A stretch of 64,000 nucleotides of DNA, taken from the IMG/VR virus record IMGVR_UViG_3300028549_001428. The stretch is one strand, 5' to 3'. This document shows positions 48,467 to 59,147 of the stretch, piece after piece (positions within the stretch are counted from its first letter, which is position 1; each line of letters opens with the position of its first letter). Source of the stretch: a virus (Duplodnaviria; Heunggongvirae; Uroviricota; Caudoviricetes). Below the pieces are notes generated by a model. It worked only from the letters and a program-made list of their open reading frames with translations. It did not search any database and had not been told where the DNA came from. Position numbers and translations under genes: made by a program.

Positions 48467-51400
48467 ATGGCTATACAATTTCGTTTACATGAAGGCTCCC
48501 ATCAAACTAGTGGGACAAGCATTGATATCTATAAATTGTTTTTTGGTGTGTACCGAGTAAATAGCGGTACATATTACTTACCTGATTATAGAATTAGAGG
48601 ATTTTTCAATCATCATTTTCCTCAATCCATTATATCATCAAATACTGGATATATTGTTACAAACATCCAATCCACGCAAGGTATTAATATCCAAGCATCG
48701 CAGGGATATAATGACTGGATGGATGATATTAGACCTCCAAGAATAGATTCAGACAAATTTTGTTCAGAAATTGATATTTATTTCCCATCAGGAACTTTAA
48801 ACTCAAGTAATCCATCTGCACATGATGGTCAATTCAGTTTAATGGGTTCTGTTGGTGGTGGTATTCGTGAAGGTAGATATAATGATGTACAAGAATCATA
48901 TTCATATTTAGATGGAAATACTTCTTATATAACAAATCCATCAAATTGGATTCTTGAAAATAGAATAAATGTAAAGACTAGAAATATACAAAGTATATCA
49001 TCAGTTGGTACTTTAGTAACGGTAACAACTACAGCAAATCATGGATATTCGACAGGCAATGCAATTCGTATAGCTGGGTTAGGTAATGAATCTTCTAGAT
49101 TATTTGGTGCTCCTGGTGAAAGATATACAGGTACATATAAAATAACAGTAACTGGATTAAACACTTTTACATATACAACTAGACATGTTGTTACAGCATC
49201 CACATATAATACTGGGGTATGTGAATACTGGGAAGCCGTAGTACATGAAAGTCGAATAAGTTCAATTCAAGGTAATGGTACAGGAACAATAACCATAAAT
49301 ACCACAGATTCACATAATTTACAAACCAATGATTTGATCGTTATAGGTGGCACTGTTAATTATAATGGTTCTGCCGTTAGAGTTTTAAGCAGTACATCAA
49401 CAAGTATAACATGTAGCATACCATCAAATACAAGCACAACACTAGAAAATGTGGGTATTGTATATCATTCATCACCGACCCCATCGGCTGCAATTCCCAT
49501 AAATTATAGTATTGGATATGAGGCTAATATACCAGATGATCATACAATAATAACTAAATTAGTCTATGCAGATAAAGATACTTATATACGAGTAGGTGAT
49601 ACAAATGGTCATGGTGGATCAACATCATTAAGTGTGATAAATCATGTAGGTGATATATCAAAAGCATTATTTAATTTCCCTATTGATGATGTTGTATTAT
49701 CTGATCTATTATTTGCTGAAATATGCACTTATTATGCTGGTGGTAGTGATGATAATGGTCAATTGGCATTATATCAAATGTCCACGGATACATGGAGTGA
49801 TTCAGGTACATACACAACATTAAACCCACTCATAGTTACTCCAGTAGATCAGGTAGGTAGTTATTCGTTTGGTAGTACAGGATCTAAAGAACTCAATACC
49901 TACACAAAATTCACCGTTTCAACCGCAAAAGTATTGGATTGGATGAATGGAGTAAAATATCCATCAGTTGCCTTAGTAAAATTAGATAATGAAGGTATAA
50001 CAAACCAATTTCTTAGTTCGGAAAATACCGAATATAAACCTTATTTGGTTATTAGTTCTGGTGTAATTGAAGATGATACAAAACCGACACTAACTATAGT
50101 TGATAGTTTTATGTATCTAACATGCAACTCAATTCAAGGTAATGGTACTGGTAAAGTTACTGTATCTACTGATAATGCTCACTTATTGGTTTCTGGTGAT
50201 ATAATTCATTTATATAATGCAACTAACTATGAAGTCATATCAGCTACCGTATTGGGTGGAGCTGATGCACCAACTACATACACATTCAAAATAAATATAG
50301 TAGGAAATACCAGTGTAATAAACGATACATCGGGTATTATACAAAGAACAACAACAATTAAATTATCAGCACTTGGTTATGATAATGAAGAAATATCTAA
50401 CAACTCTGCTGATATTTCAATTAGAAAAACAACATCTTTAACGGATGTTGGTGAATATAATGTGGTAAAAAGTTCTGATGGTCACTCAGTAACATTTGAC
50501 TTCAATCTTCTAGGTATAGATGATGGATATTTTGATGTATCTGTGAAGGACGTAAATGGAAATACTAGTTTATTACCATTTCAACCACCTATAATAATGG
50601 ATTATTTTAATGAATTTGGTGAATCATATTCAGTTATGAAATCTGGTAGACCTATATATGTAAAGGGATTTAACGTTGATTATTACAATGCATCATTTAC
50701 ATCAATTATAGGAGATTCTAATTTATCTGGTGGTATAATCACTGGTGGTAATAATATATCAGTTTCTTCCTTTAATACCGTAGACAATTGGTTTAGTTTC
50801 CAATTCCCTGCAGGTTTACAGGCTGGGTATACTGTATCCAACATTGATACAACACTTAATACAATTACGTTAGACGATGTAGCTATAAAAGTTGGTGATG
50901 TAATTGCATTTAATTCAACAGGTAATTTCATACAACCTCCTTTAATAGTTGGTAAATTGTATTTTGTTAAGACAGTGACTATTAGCGGATCTGATTCTAT
51001 CATAACACTATCAGATAATGTATTACTTTCTACTACTGTTGATTTAACAACTGCAAGTTATACTGTGAATATGGTTGCGTCTAATATAGCAACTCCATTG
51101 TATATTAATCGTGATGGGTTTAATTCATATAGTTATTATAATAGATTATATGTAAGATTAGATGAGTATGCACCGAAAATATATATACCAGATATAGTTG
51201 GTATTAATGATGTCATTGATATAGTTATAAGTGATTTATATTCTATTGATACTGATAGTGTGACATTTATTAATGGAGATCAAGAAGGTTCTCCTATTGA
51301 TGTCAATGGTGATGGTAAAGTATTGATTTATTCAGTTAGAATTACAGCACCTGGTACTTTTATAGCATCTGCTGCTGATAATAATGGAAATATTGCATAT

Positions 51401-52951
51401 TCATCATCATATGTAGCTCCTATATTTACTCCATTTATCGAAGTAATAGGCACTACTATAAATTCACCAACATCATTTGTGTTAACTGTACGAGTAACTG
51501 ATGCTGATATATCAGCAATAGTAGCACCAGATAACGCATCTAGAGGTATTTTTGTGGAAGGATCGGTAGCAAACACCACATATGGAACTGTAACTAATTT
51601 GGCTACGTTTGCTGATGGTATTACATTTGATATCGTAGTCACTGCATTAGGTGATGGCGTTATGAAGATATATGCTCATAACAATAATGATGATATCAGT
51701 TCACTGATACATCCAATTATAACATTAGTAACTCCTGATTGTTTAAAGGCTGGTGATATAGCAGAGGTGACAGGTGTTAATCTATCACCAATTGGTTTAC
51801 CAAGATCATTTATTAGCGATAAAATTCAAATAAATGAAACAACAGCAACCAATAAATACTTACAAACAACTATCCTAAGTGGAATTACTGATGGTACTAT
51901 AATATTTGCGCTAAGTGTGGAAAATACCACAGGAACCGTATTTAGTAACCCTATATCAAAGATATCTGACAATACAGGACCTATTATTACATTAATTGGT
52001 GATGCTGTGGTTGATATTAAACAGAGTAATGAGTATGTTGATATGGGTGCAACCGCACAGGATAATATCTCTGGTAATGTAACTGATAATATAGTAACTA
52101 CAGGTAATGTGGATACAAATACCATAGGTACTTATTATATAACATATACAGCATTCGATGAGTGTGGTAATACATCAACCATTAGTAGACAGGTTAATGT
52201 AGGTACTGGATGTCCTGTTTACATAGCACTATCAACCAACAATGCTTATGTTGATGATCAGATTACTATATACGCAACGGTTGGCTTGTTTAACCCAACG
52301 GTATTATCTAACATAGTTACTGTAAATGGAATAGTTGCACAGATTTTAACTGGCGATAGAGATCATTTAATAATTGTAATACCTGAAGGTGCTACTACTG
52401 GATATGTTCAAGTTGAAACAGGACCAACTAATACTGGATATGAAAACTGCTCTTTAAGTAATGTAGCTACATTAAATGTATTATATCCAGATACTGCGTT
52501 TACTGAAATATCAAGCAAATCAAAATCAGGATTATTGTCTATATTTAATAATGGATTCAATCAGAGTGCTATATATAATAGAGATTTAGCATACTCAAAC
52601 TTTGTAGAAGTTACTGATGAAAATAGTATGATTCAGAATCTATATACTATTTTATTGACTGAAATAGGAACTAGATTCTTTAATAATTCATTTGGTGCAA
52701 CCATACAATCTAAATTATTCTCAGTAGTTGATGATTACGAGTCATTTGAATCGAATTTAATGAACGAAATAAATAAATTAGTTGAAAAATATGAACCTAG
52801 AATAACTATAATTATAGAACAATCATTTGTGGTATTTGATGAATATTATAATTCTGCACGTGTTGTATTAGCTGTTAAAGTACCTACAGGAAATGTAAAA
52901 ACAGTATCATTGACATTTAAAAATGTTAATAATGGTGAGGCAAATATATGA
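48467..52951 (+). CDS. Multidomain baseplate protein with C-terminal gp25-like domain
   Basis: C-terminal 'IQNLYTILLTEIGTRFFNNSFGA...KYEPRI'; Ig-like 'PIITLIG..YVDMGATAQD..VDTNTIGTYYITY'; IPT-like; late promoter at 48430. Confidence 0.7.
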   Translation: MAIQFRLHEGSHQTSGTSIDIYKLFFGVYRVNSGTYYLPDYRIRGFFNHHFPQSIISSNTGYIVTNIQSTQGINIQASQGYNDWMDDIRPPRIDSDKFCSEIDIYFPSGTLNSSNPSAHDGQFSLMGSVGGGIREGRYNDVQESYSYLDGNTSYITNPSNWILENRINVKTRNIQSISSVGTLVTVTTTANHGYSTGNAIRIAGLGNESSRLFGAPGERYTGTYKITVTGLNTFTYTTRHVVTASTYNTGVCEYWEAVVHESRISSIQGNGTGTITINTTDSHNLQTNDLIVIGGTVNYNGSAVRVLSSTSTSITCSIPSNTSTTLENVGIVYHSSPTPSAAIPINYSIGYEANIPDDHTIITKLVYADKDTYIRVGDTNGHGGSTSLSVINHVGDISKALFNFPIDDVVLSDLLFAEICTYYAGGSDDNGQLALYQMSTDTWSDSGTYTTLNPLIVTPVDQVGSYSFGSTGSKELNTYTKFTVSTAKVLDWMNGVKYPSVALVKLDNEGITNQFLSSENTEYKPYLVISSGVIEDDTKPTLTIVDSFMYLTCNSIQGNGTGKVTVSTDNAHLLVSGDIIHLYNATNYEVISATVLGGADAPTTYTFKINIVGNTSVINDTSGIIQRTTTIKLSALGYDNEEISNNSADISIRKTTSLTDVGEYNVVKSSDGHSVTFDFNLLGIDDGYFDVSVKDVNGNTSLLPFQPPIIMDYFNEFGESYSVMKSGRPIYVKGFNVDYYNASFTSIIGDSNLSGGIITGGNNISVSSFNTVDNWFSFQFPAGLQAGYTVSNIDTTLNTITLDDVAIKVGDVIAFNSTGNFIQPPLIVGKLYFVKTVTISGSDSIITLSDNVLLSTTVDLTTASYTVNMVASNIATPLYINRDGFNSYSYYNRLYVRLDEYAPKIYIPDIVGINDVIDIVISDLYSIDTDSVTFINGDQEGSPIDVNGDGKVLIYSVRITAPGTFIASAADNNGNIAYSSSYVAPIFTPFIEVIGTTINSPTSFVLTVRVTDADISAIVAPDNASRGIFVEGSVANTTYGTVTNLATFADGITFDIVVTALGDGVMKIYAHNNNDDISSLIHPIITLVTPDCLKAGDIAEVTGVNLSPIGLPRSFISDKIQINETTATNKYLQTTILSGITDGTIIFALSVENTTGTVFSNPISKISDNTGPIITLIGDAVVDIKQSNEYVDMGATAQDNISGNVTDNIVTTGNVDTNTIGTYYITYTAFDECGNTSTISRQVNVGTGCPVYIALSTNNAYVDDQITIYATVGLFNPTVLSNIVTVNGIVAQILTGDRDHLIIVIPEGATTGYVQVETGPTNTGYENCSLSNVATLNVLYPDTAFTEISSKSKSGLLSIFNNGFNQSAIYNRDLAYSNFVEVTDENSMIQNLYTILLTEIGTRFFNNSFGATIQSKLFSVVDDYESFESNLMNEINKLVEKYEPRITIIIEQSFVVFDEYYNSARVVLAVKVPTGNVKTVSLTFKNVNNGEANI

Positions 52952-53868
52952 TAGTTAAAAACATAGATAGTACTACCCAATTAGTATTTACTGATAATAT
53001 AATAACCGATATTAATTCAATATGTGCTGGATTGGGGTATACAAAAAAAGATGGTGAATTATATAAATCTGTAGAAATTACTAGAGATTTTAATTATTAC
53101 CCAGTGTATTCAGATGGTTCTATATTAGCTACAAAAATATCATATAAAAAAGTCAATACTATAGTGTTAAACAAAAAGACTGAAATAACGGTCACTGATA
53201 CCACTATCAATAGATTAGTTAACACATTAAATAGATGTGGATCTGATTATAGTGTAGTTATTAAAGGTAATGTATTAAATGGTGGATTATCTTTAGATGT
53301 TAATAATAACATAGCATCAAAAGATGGAACTAAAATATCTATCAATAAATCAAGTAATACAGGAAATGAAGAAAAAAAGATGTCTAATTTCATCCATAAC
53401 ATGAGTATGGATAATGGTAGAATGTTATATCCAGTACTGAAACGATTTTCAAATACTGTGCATTTATTCAAGGGCAATAAATCAGTATTAACCGGATATG
53501 TAAAATTAGATGACTATTTGTATATAATGAAAATGCCACCAGCAGGGATAAAAAGTTTAACTAACGCATCTAATTGCAATTACAATATTAACTTTAATTC
53601 GCATATATGTGAAGTTGAAATAACCGATGTTGTAGATGGTAAGATAAAATATACATTGAATTTTAGTGGTAACATGACTTCGGTTAATAATAGCGGAAAG
53701 TTTAATCCATACATTTTATTTACAACAAGTCCTATTTCAATGCAAAATCAAAGAATGCCTTTTCAGACAGTTAATGTAAATGGTTTGCATGTATTCATAA
53801 CACCACTGCTATTTAATAATAAAGAAACACTAGCTAAATTGAAAGGTGGAATAAATTTATTATCTTAA
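52948..53868 (+). CDS. Hypothetical protein
   Basis: ATGA overlap with the upstream gene. Confidence 0.55.
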   Translation: MIVKNIDSTTQLVFTDNIITDINSICAGLGYTKKDGELYKSVEITRDFNYYPVYSDGSILATKISYKKVNTIVLNKKTEITVTDTTINRLVNTLNRCGSDYSVVIKGNVLNGGLSLDVNNNIASKDGTKISINKSSNTGNEEKKMSNFIHNMSMDNGRMLYPVLKRFSNTVHLFKGNKSVLTGYVKLDDYLYIMKMPPAGIKSLTNASNCNYNINFNSHICEVEITDVVDGKIKYTLNFSGNMTSVNNSGKFNPYILFTTSPISMQNQRMPFQTVNVNGLHVFITPLLFNNKETLAKLKGGINLLS

Positions 53869-53933
53869 CAAATTTAATGTAATCGATACATAAATAAAGT
53901 ATTTTATAGTCATGATAAATAAGGGATAGTTAC

Positions 53934-55199
53934 ATGACTAAAAAAGAAAAAGTATCATTAGCATCATCATTTGATTTTTTCAAAACAGTAAAAACAGGTG
54001 ATAAATTTACAGATGCAGGTAAGAAAAGAGAAATTAATGCATGGATAGACACTGGATCATATACGCTAAATGCGTTGATATCTGGTGACATGACCAAGGG
54101 TTTCCCAGGAAATCGTGCAGTTATGTTAGCAGGTGAAGAAGCAGTAGGTAAAACATTCTTCGCTATCTATGGATTTGCAAAACCTCTAGTTGATATGGGA
54201 TATTTCATATTTTACGTTGATACAGAAAATGCTGTAACCGAAGATCAATTAGTTTCATTCGGATTGCCTGAAGGGTCGTTCAAAATTATATCACAGGATA
54301 TTGTTGAAGAATTGAAAACTAATTTTGATACAATATTGAATCAATTGGAAGAAGCTCGTGGTAAGGCACTATCTAATAAAAACAAGTGCGCATTCATCAT
54401 TGACTCTCAAGGTATGTTAGATACATTGAAGTCAAGAAAAGATATCAAGGAAGAAAACTATGTTAGTGATATGACACTTCAGAAAGAATTGAAGCGTTTA
54501 TATAGATCTATCCTTGTTAGAATGGGTGAACTTGAAATACCTATGCTAATTACTAACCACGTATACACAAATATCGGTGGTTATGGTGATCCTAAGAAGG
54601 TTGCTGGTGGTAGCGGTGGTTTATATGCATCTAGTGTTATATTGTCAATGAAAAAGAAACAATATAAAGAAGGTGATACAAGAAAGGGTACTATCATCAC
54701 AGCAAAGAATCTAAAATCTCGTATATGTCGTGATGGACTTGAATCATGTGTGTATTTGAATTTTGAAAGGGGTTTGAATAAATGGTATGGATTGCATTTA
54801 TTTGCTCGTGATGGTGATCTAATCGAAAAATTCAATTCAGATCATGAAGATATGGGTGTTGTAGCTCCTAAATATAAAGGAAAATCAACTCTATATGTAA
54901 TTAAAGATCCAAAGAAAGAACCTAAAAACTGGATCGTATGTAAGGATACTGAATTACATAAAGGAAGTACAATAGGTACTATCTTTGATGAAATCAATAC
55001 ATATGTTAAGGATACCTTTAAATTGCTGAACCCATCCGATTTTGATTATGGTGATGAAGATCCAGATGAACAGGATATTGAAATATCGGAAGATAATTTC
55101 AAGGCTGAAGGTGAAGATACTGACGATACTAAGGTTGTTAAGGCAACTAAAGGGAAGAAAAAGTTAGTAATCAGCGCACAAGAAGAAGATTCAGAATAA
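53934..55199 (+). CDS. uvsX: UvsX/RecA-like recombinase
   Basis: 'IDTGSYTLNALISG', 'AGEEAVGKT', 'YVDTE', 'TNHVY', 'GGSG..YASS'. Confidence 0.93.
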   Translation: MTKKEKVSLASSFDFFKTVKTGDKFTDAGKKREINAWIDTGSYTLNALISGDMTKGFPGNRAVMLAGEEAVGKTFFAIYGFAKPLVDMGYFIFYVDTENAVTEDQLVSFGLPEGSFKIISQDIVEELKTNFDTILNQLEEARGKALSNKNKCAFIIDSQGMLDTLKSRKDIKEENYVSDMTLQKELKRLYRSILVRMGELEIPMLITNHVYTNIGGYGDPKKVAGGSGGLYASSVILSMKKKQYKEGDTRKGTIITAKNLKSRICRDGLESCVYLNFERGLNKWYGLHLFARDGDLIEKFNSDHEDMGVVAPKYKGKSTLYVIKDPKKEPKNWIVCKDTELHKGSTIGTIFDEINTYVKDTFKLLNPSDFDYGDEDPDEQDIEISEDNFKAEGEDTDDTKVVKATKGKKKLVISAQEEDSE

Positions 55200-55291
55200 T
55201 TAAATGTACTAATAACAAAATAAAAAAAGTCACGTGTATGTCACGTGACTTTTTCTTTTTTATGTATATTTGTATGTAGGAGTTTTTATAT

Positions 55292-56869
55292 ATGTCCGAA
55301 GTATACGATTTATCACGTGAAGATCTAGTTTTACGTAAATTTTTTGAGGATTCGATCATCCAAAGTCGAATTTGTAACCATTTAGACCCTGATTTGTTCG
55401 ATGATCAGGATAATAAAAGAATATGTGATTTTATCAATAGATTTCATAAAAAATTTAGTAAATACCCATCAGCACAAGAATTAATTATTGCATTGCCAAA
55501 AGGTACACGAGAACGTACTAAATTAATGGCTATTAATAATGCTACTATTCCTACATTGGATAGAGATTTTGCTATATCTATGATCGAAAGTTTTTTCAGA
55601 GAAAAACAAACTGAAAAAGTATTAACTAACGCAGCTGAATTTATTCATGATGGACAAGTTGATAATATTGGTGACTTAGTAAAAGAACTACACAATGCAG
55701 TAAATTTTACATTGAATTTAGATATTGGTTTACATCTTTCCGATGATGCGCAAGAAGCATTGGATAGACTTAATGTTAGTTTACGTGCCATCCCTGCCGC
55801 TTTAGAGCTTGTTAGACGGGCTACTTCACCAAAGGATGGTTATGGTGGTCACTACCGAAAAGCATTGTCTGTATACTATGGTATGCCGAATGTAGGTAAA
55901 TCTATTCTATTATGTAATGATGCTGCTTATGCATATCAAGCTGGTTTCAATGTTCTATATGTAACAATGGAAATGGCTGAAGAATTAATATGGGAAAGAA
56001 TTACTGCCAATATAACCGATATTGAATTAGGTACGGTTCGTGGTAAATCAGCACTAGAAATACAAGAGTTATTAGCGCAAAATAAATTAGAGCATGCTGA
56101 GAAAGCAGGTAATCTTTATGTTAAAGCAATGCCAACATCAGCTACTGTAGTTGATATTGAAAATGAAATTGTAGAGATTAAGAGAACTAAGGGTATTGAT
56201 ATTGATCTATTGGTTGTTGACTATATCGGTATCATGAAAGCAGCTAAGAGATTAGGATCGTTTAAAGATCATACTCTTTATACACTTATCAAGGAAGTTG
56301 CTGAACAGCTACGTGATCTTGCTAAATCAAAAAACATTGCTGTGGTTACTGCGTCTCAGTTGAAGCGTGAAGGTTATGAGAATAAAGAAGCAAGCATGAA
56401 AGATGTTGCTGGTTCAGTTGGTCTTAATGACACCGCTGACTTTGTTATAACTATTACACAAGATCCATTATTAAAATCATGTGGGTTGTTTGCTCATATG
56501 ATATTAAAAAATCGTTTTGGTTCTAATAGTGTCTCTGGTTTATCAAGAGTTGATTATGCTCATATGAGAGTAAGATCAGCAACAGCAGAAGATATTGATA
56601 AGTATAATGAGCAACAAATAAATCAAACTCAAACCATACCAGAATTCAACGCTAACACATTTGAAGTTAAAGGTTCATCCAATTCAGCAACTAATTCGGA
56701 TAGAGATAAAAATGTAAGAAAGCATAATTCTCCAAAAGGAAGAAATAATTCTCCTAATGACAGAGCAAAAAATATATCTTCTACTAATATAGACCATGAT
56801 TCGAGTGTTGAAGAATTAAGTGCAGATCAAAACACCGATGCGTTAGATGGATTTACCGGAGTATTTTAG
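55292..56869 (+). CDS. gp41: Replicative helicase gp41 (DnaB-like)
   Basis: 'PNVGKS', 'VLYVTMEMAEE', 'VVDYIGI', 'TASQLKR', 'LKNRFG'. Confidence 0.93.
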   Translation: MSEVYDLSREDLVLRKFFEDSIIQSRICNHLDPDLFDDQDNKRICDFINRFHKKFSKYPSAQELIIALPKGTRERTKLMAINNATIPTLDRDFAISMIESFFREKQTEKVLTNAAEFIHDGQVDNIGDLVKELHNAVNFTLNLDIGLHLSDDAQEALDRLNVSLRAIPAALELVRRATSPKDGYGGHYRKALSVYYGMPNVGKSILLCNDAAYAYQAGFNVLYVTMEMAEELIWERITANITDIELGTVRGKSALEIQELLAQNKLEHAEKAGNLYVKAMPTSATVVDIENEIVEIKRTKGIDIDLLVVDYIGIMKAAKRLGSFKDHTLYTLIKEVAEQLRDLAKSKNIAVVTASQLKREGYENKEASMKDVAGSVGLNDTADFVITITQDPLLKSCGLFAHMILKNRFGSNSVSGLSRVDYAHMRVRSATAEDIDKYNEQQINQTQTIPEFNANTFEVKGSSNSATNSDRDKNVRKHNSPKGRNNSPNDRAKNISSTNIDHDSSVEELSADQNTDALDGFTGVF

Positions 56870-57183
56870 TGATACATATATCAACCGAAATTGAACAATT
56901 GTTAATGACTAAACGTTCTGATAATGATGACGTTGCGACATTAGCAATGCCAGAACATAAATTTAAAAAAATGTCAGATAAATTGAATGATTCTATCTAT
57001 AGTGTATATACAAAATACAAAGATACGGGATTAAAAATGAGTGATATTATTTTAGGTCTTCGATTGCATTTCGACATTGAATATTTAGTTGAAAAATTAC
57101 TAAATAAAAAGATTAAAGCAATAATAAAAAAAGAATACACCGAGAGTAATACGATATATGCAAAGAAGAAAAATACCAAATAG
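56869..57183 (+). CDS. Possible gp33-like late transcription coactivator
   Basis: Size and helical pattern 'MSDIIL...DIEYLVEKLLNKKIKAIIKKE' resemble gp33; weak. Confidence 0.4.
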   Translation: MIHISTEIEQLLMTKRSDNDDVATLAMPEHKFKKMSDKLNDSIYSVYTKYKDTGLKMSDIILGLRLHFDIEYLVEKLLNKKIKAIIKKEYTESNTIYAKKKNTK

Positions 57184-57754
57184 TAACGATGTACATCAGC
57201 AATACAGAGACAAAATAAACGAAGCTCCAGAAGAAACACTGGAGCTTTCACATAATGCCTTAATTGAACGTGCAGGTGGTTCAATTAGTAATTTACCAGT
57301 GCAAACTAAAGAATTTAATGATTGGATAGAAGAACAAAGAAAATTAAGAAATCCATTGATTGGAAAATCATATATTCAATCAGCACCTGAATATAACGCA
57401 GAACAAACAAAATTGGGTGATATATCTGAATTGGTAAATGATGATGCTGTTAAATTCATTAAATCTGAAACAGGTAAAGCATTTGATGTAGAAGAAAGTC
57501 AAAAACTAATGGAAGAAAACGCATCATCCTCTGACAATCATGACATTAAATTTATCGATCTAACAATTATTGAGAATTCAACACAAAAGAGATTAGCTTT
57601 TGATAAAGAATCAATAGTTACTAATGCTACAGATGAATTAAAAAAGTATCACGGTGATGAAAATTACGCAACAGAAATTGATACAGAATCTGTAGTTGCC
57701 AATACACATAATTATTTATTGACGCAAGAAAATAATACAAAATTACTGAAATAA
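57158..57754 (+). CDS. Hypothetical protein
   Basis: 198-aa ORF. Confidence 0.55.
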   Translation: MQRRKIPNSNDVHQQYRDKINEAPEETLELSHNALIERAGGSISNLPVQTKEFNDWIEEQRKLRNPLIGKSYIQSAPEYNAEQTKLGDISELVNDDAVKFIKSETGKAFDVEESQKLMEENASSSDNHDIKFIDLTIIENSTQKRLAFDKESIVTNATDELKKYHGDENYATEIDTESVVANTHNYLLTQENNTKLLK

Positions 57755-57862
57755 TTCTGACAAACATAACAAAATAACTTATATTTATTAATGTTCACAG
57801 TATGGAACGGTAGTTCTCTAAATTGAACGTAACTTAAAACAATAATCGAACAGGAGTTCAAA

Positions 57863-58888
57863 ATGTCAGATTTCTTAACAGTAACAGCAGATACAGCAGC
57901 AGTAGAACCAGAGTCAACCGGTGGTCAAAAATATCAAAAGACTCCACCAGATCCACGATTCTGGAAACCAACAATAAAAAATGAAGCAAAAGAATACCAA
58001 GCTATGGTAAGAATGTTGCCTCGTGGATTTAATGGCTTGAAGAATAAGCTAAATCCTAGTGTAAAAATATTAACCCACAGATTAAAATCAGAACAGGCAA
58101 AAGTGTTCATGAACGTCAAGTGTAGAAAAATGCTTGGTGAAGATCAATTCTGTCCTATTTGTGATGCTGGTTGGGCGATATTTAATGAAGGTAAGGCTCA
58201 AAACAACAAAGAGATTAAGGATCAGGGTAAGGACATTCTTGCGAAAGAAAGTCATGTAATGAATATTCTTATTCGTAACGATATTCAAGTAACTGATCTT
58301 ATTGGTCAGGTTAAATTGTGGGAACACACAGGAAAGATGAATAAGACTCTGTTCGAACCTACCAAGGAAGAAAAGAGAGATCCATCAAAACCTGCTTCAA
58401 TAAAGAAAAAGCAAATTTTCTATCCATATAGTCCAAAGAATGGTCGTGACTTCTTGGTTATGGTAACTGAAGATCCTGAAAAGCATATGGCTTCATATGA
58501 TAATTCCGAATGGGATACAGATGGATTCTCCGACTTGGCTGGTAGCGATGCCGAAATCATGGCTATCTTGGATAAGTGCTATGACCTAACCGAATTCCTA
58601 ACAGTTCCATCTGCTGAAGAAGCAGGTCAGAAATATGCGGAATTCTGTGCAAAGGTTGAGCAGAAATTGGCTGGTAGAGCAGCTAATGGATCAATGCCAG
58701 GAACAGGAACAGCAACTGGTGCAGGTAAAGTAGCAACTAAGAATGTAAAGACTGGCGATGCTCAGAATTACTTCCAAGGTGCTTCGGTACAAACCCCATC
58801 AGCAAGTGCGTCCCCTGCCCCTTCAGCAGAACCTGAAGTAGAATTTGAATCGGAAAATTCAGCAGCAGATGATGAATTACCATTTTAA
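57863..58888 (+). CDS. gp32: ssDNA-binding protein gp32
   Basis: 'DPRFWKP', 'VRMLP', 'CPIC', 'GQVKLW', 'SYDNS', acidic tail 'DDELPF'. Confidence 0.9.
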   Translation: MSDFLTVTADTAAVEPESTGGQKYQKTPPDPRFWKPTIKNEAKEYQAMVRMLPRGFNGLKNKLNPSVKILTHRLKSEQAKVFMNVKCRKMLGEDQFCPICDAGWAIFNEGKAQNNKEIKDQGKDILAKESHVMNILIRNDIQVTDLIGQVKLWEHTGKMNKTLFEPTKEEKRDPSKPASIKKKQIFYPYSPKNGRDFLVMVTEDPEKHMASYDNSEWDTDGFSDLAGSDAEIMAILDKCYDLTEFLTVPSAEEAGQKYAEFCAKVEQKLAGRAANGSMPGTGTATGAGKVATKNVKTGDAQNYFQGASVQTPSASASPAPSAEPEVEFESENSAADDELPF

Positions 58889-58916
58889 TTTCTGATAAAA
58901 TATATATTAAAGAGAG

Positions 58917-59147
58917 ATGCACAACATCTCTCTTTTTTTTATGAATAACATTATTAAAACATCTATTGATACAGAATATGAATTCTACAAGGGATTAACT
59001 AATACTTTATTTGAATTAGAATATAATTCAAATATGAGAAGATTAGGTTCTTCAAAAAATAAATACAAATATCACAATACTTTACTATATTTGAGTATGA
59101 TAGAAACCACACTCAAGTCGATTAGAGAAGATGATAGACAACTTTGA
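58917..59147 (+). CDS. Hypothetical protein
   Basis: Short ORF overlapping primase. Confidence 0.4.
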   Translation: MHNISLFFMNNIIKTSIDTEYEFYKGLTNTLFELEYNSNMRRLGSSKNKYKYHNTLLYLSMIETTLKSIREDDRQL

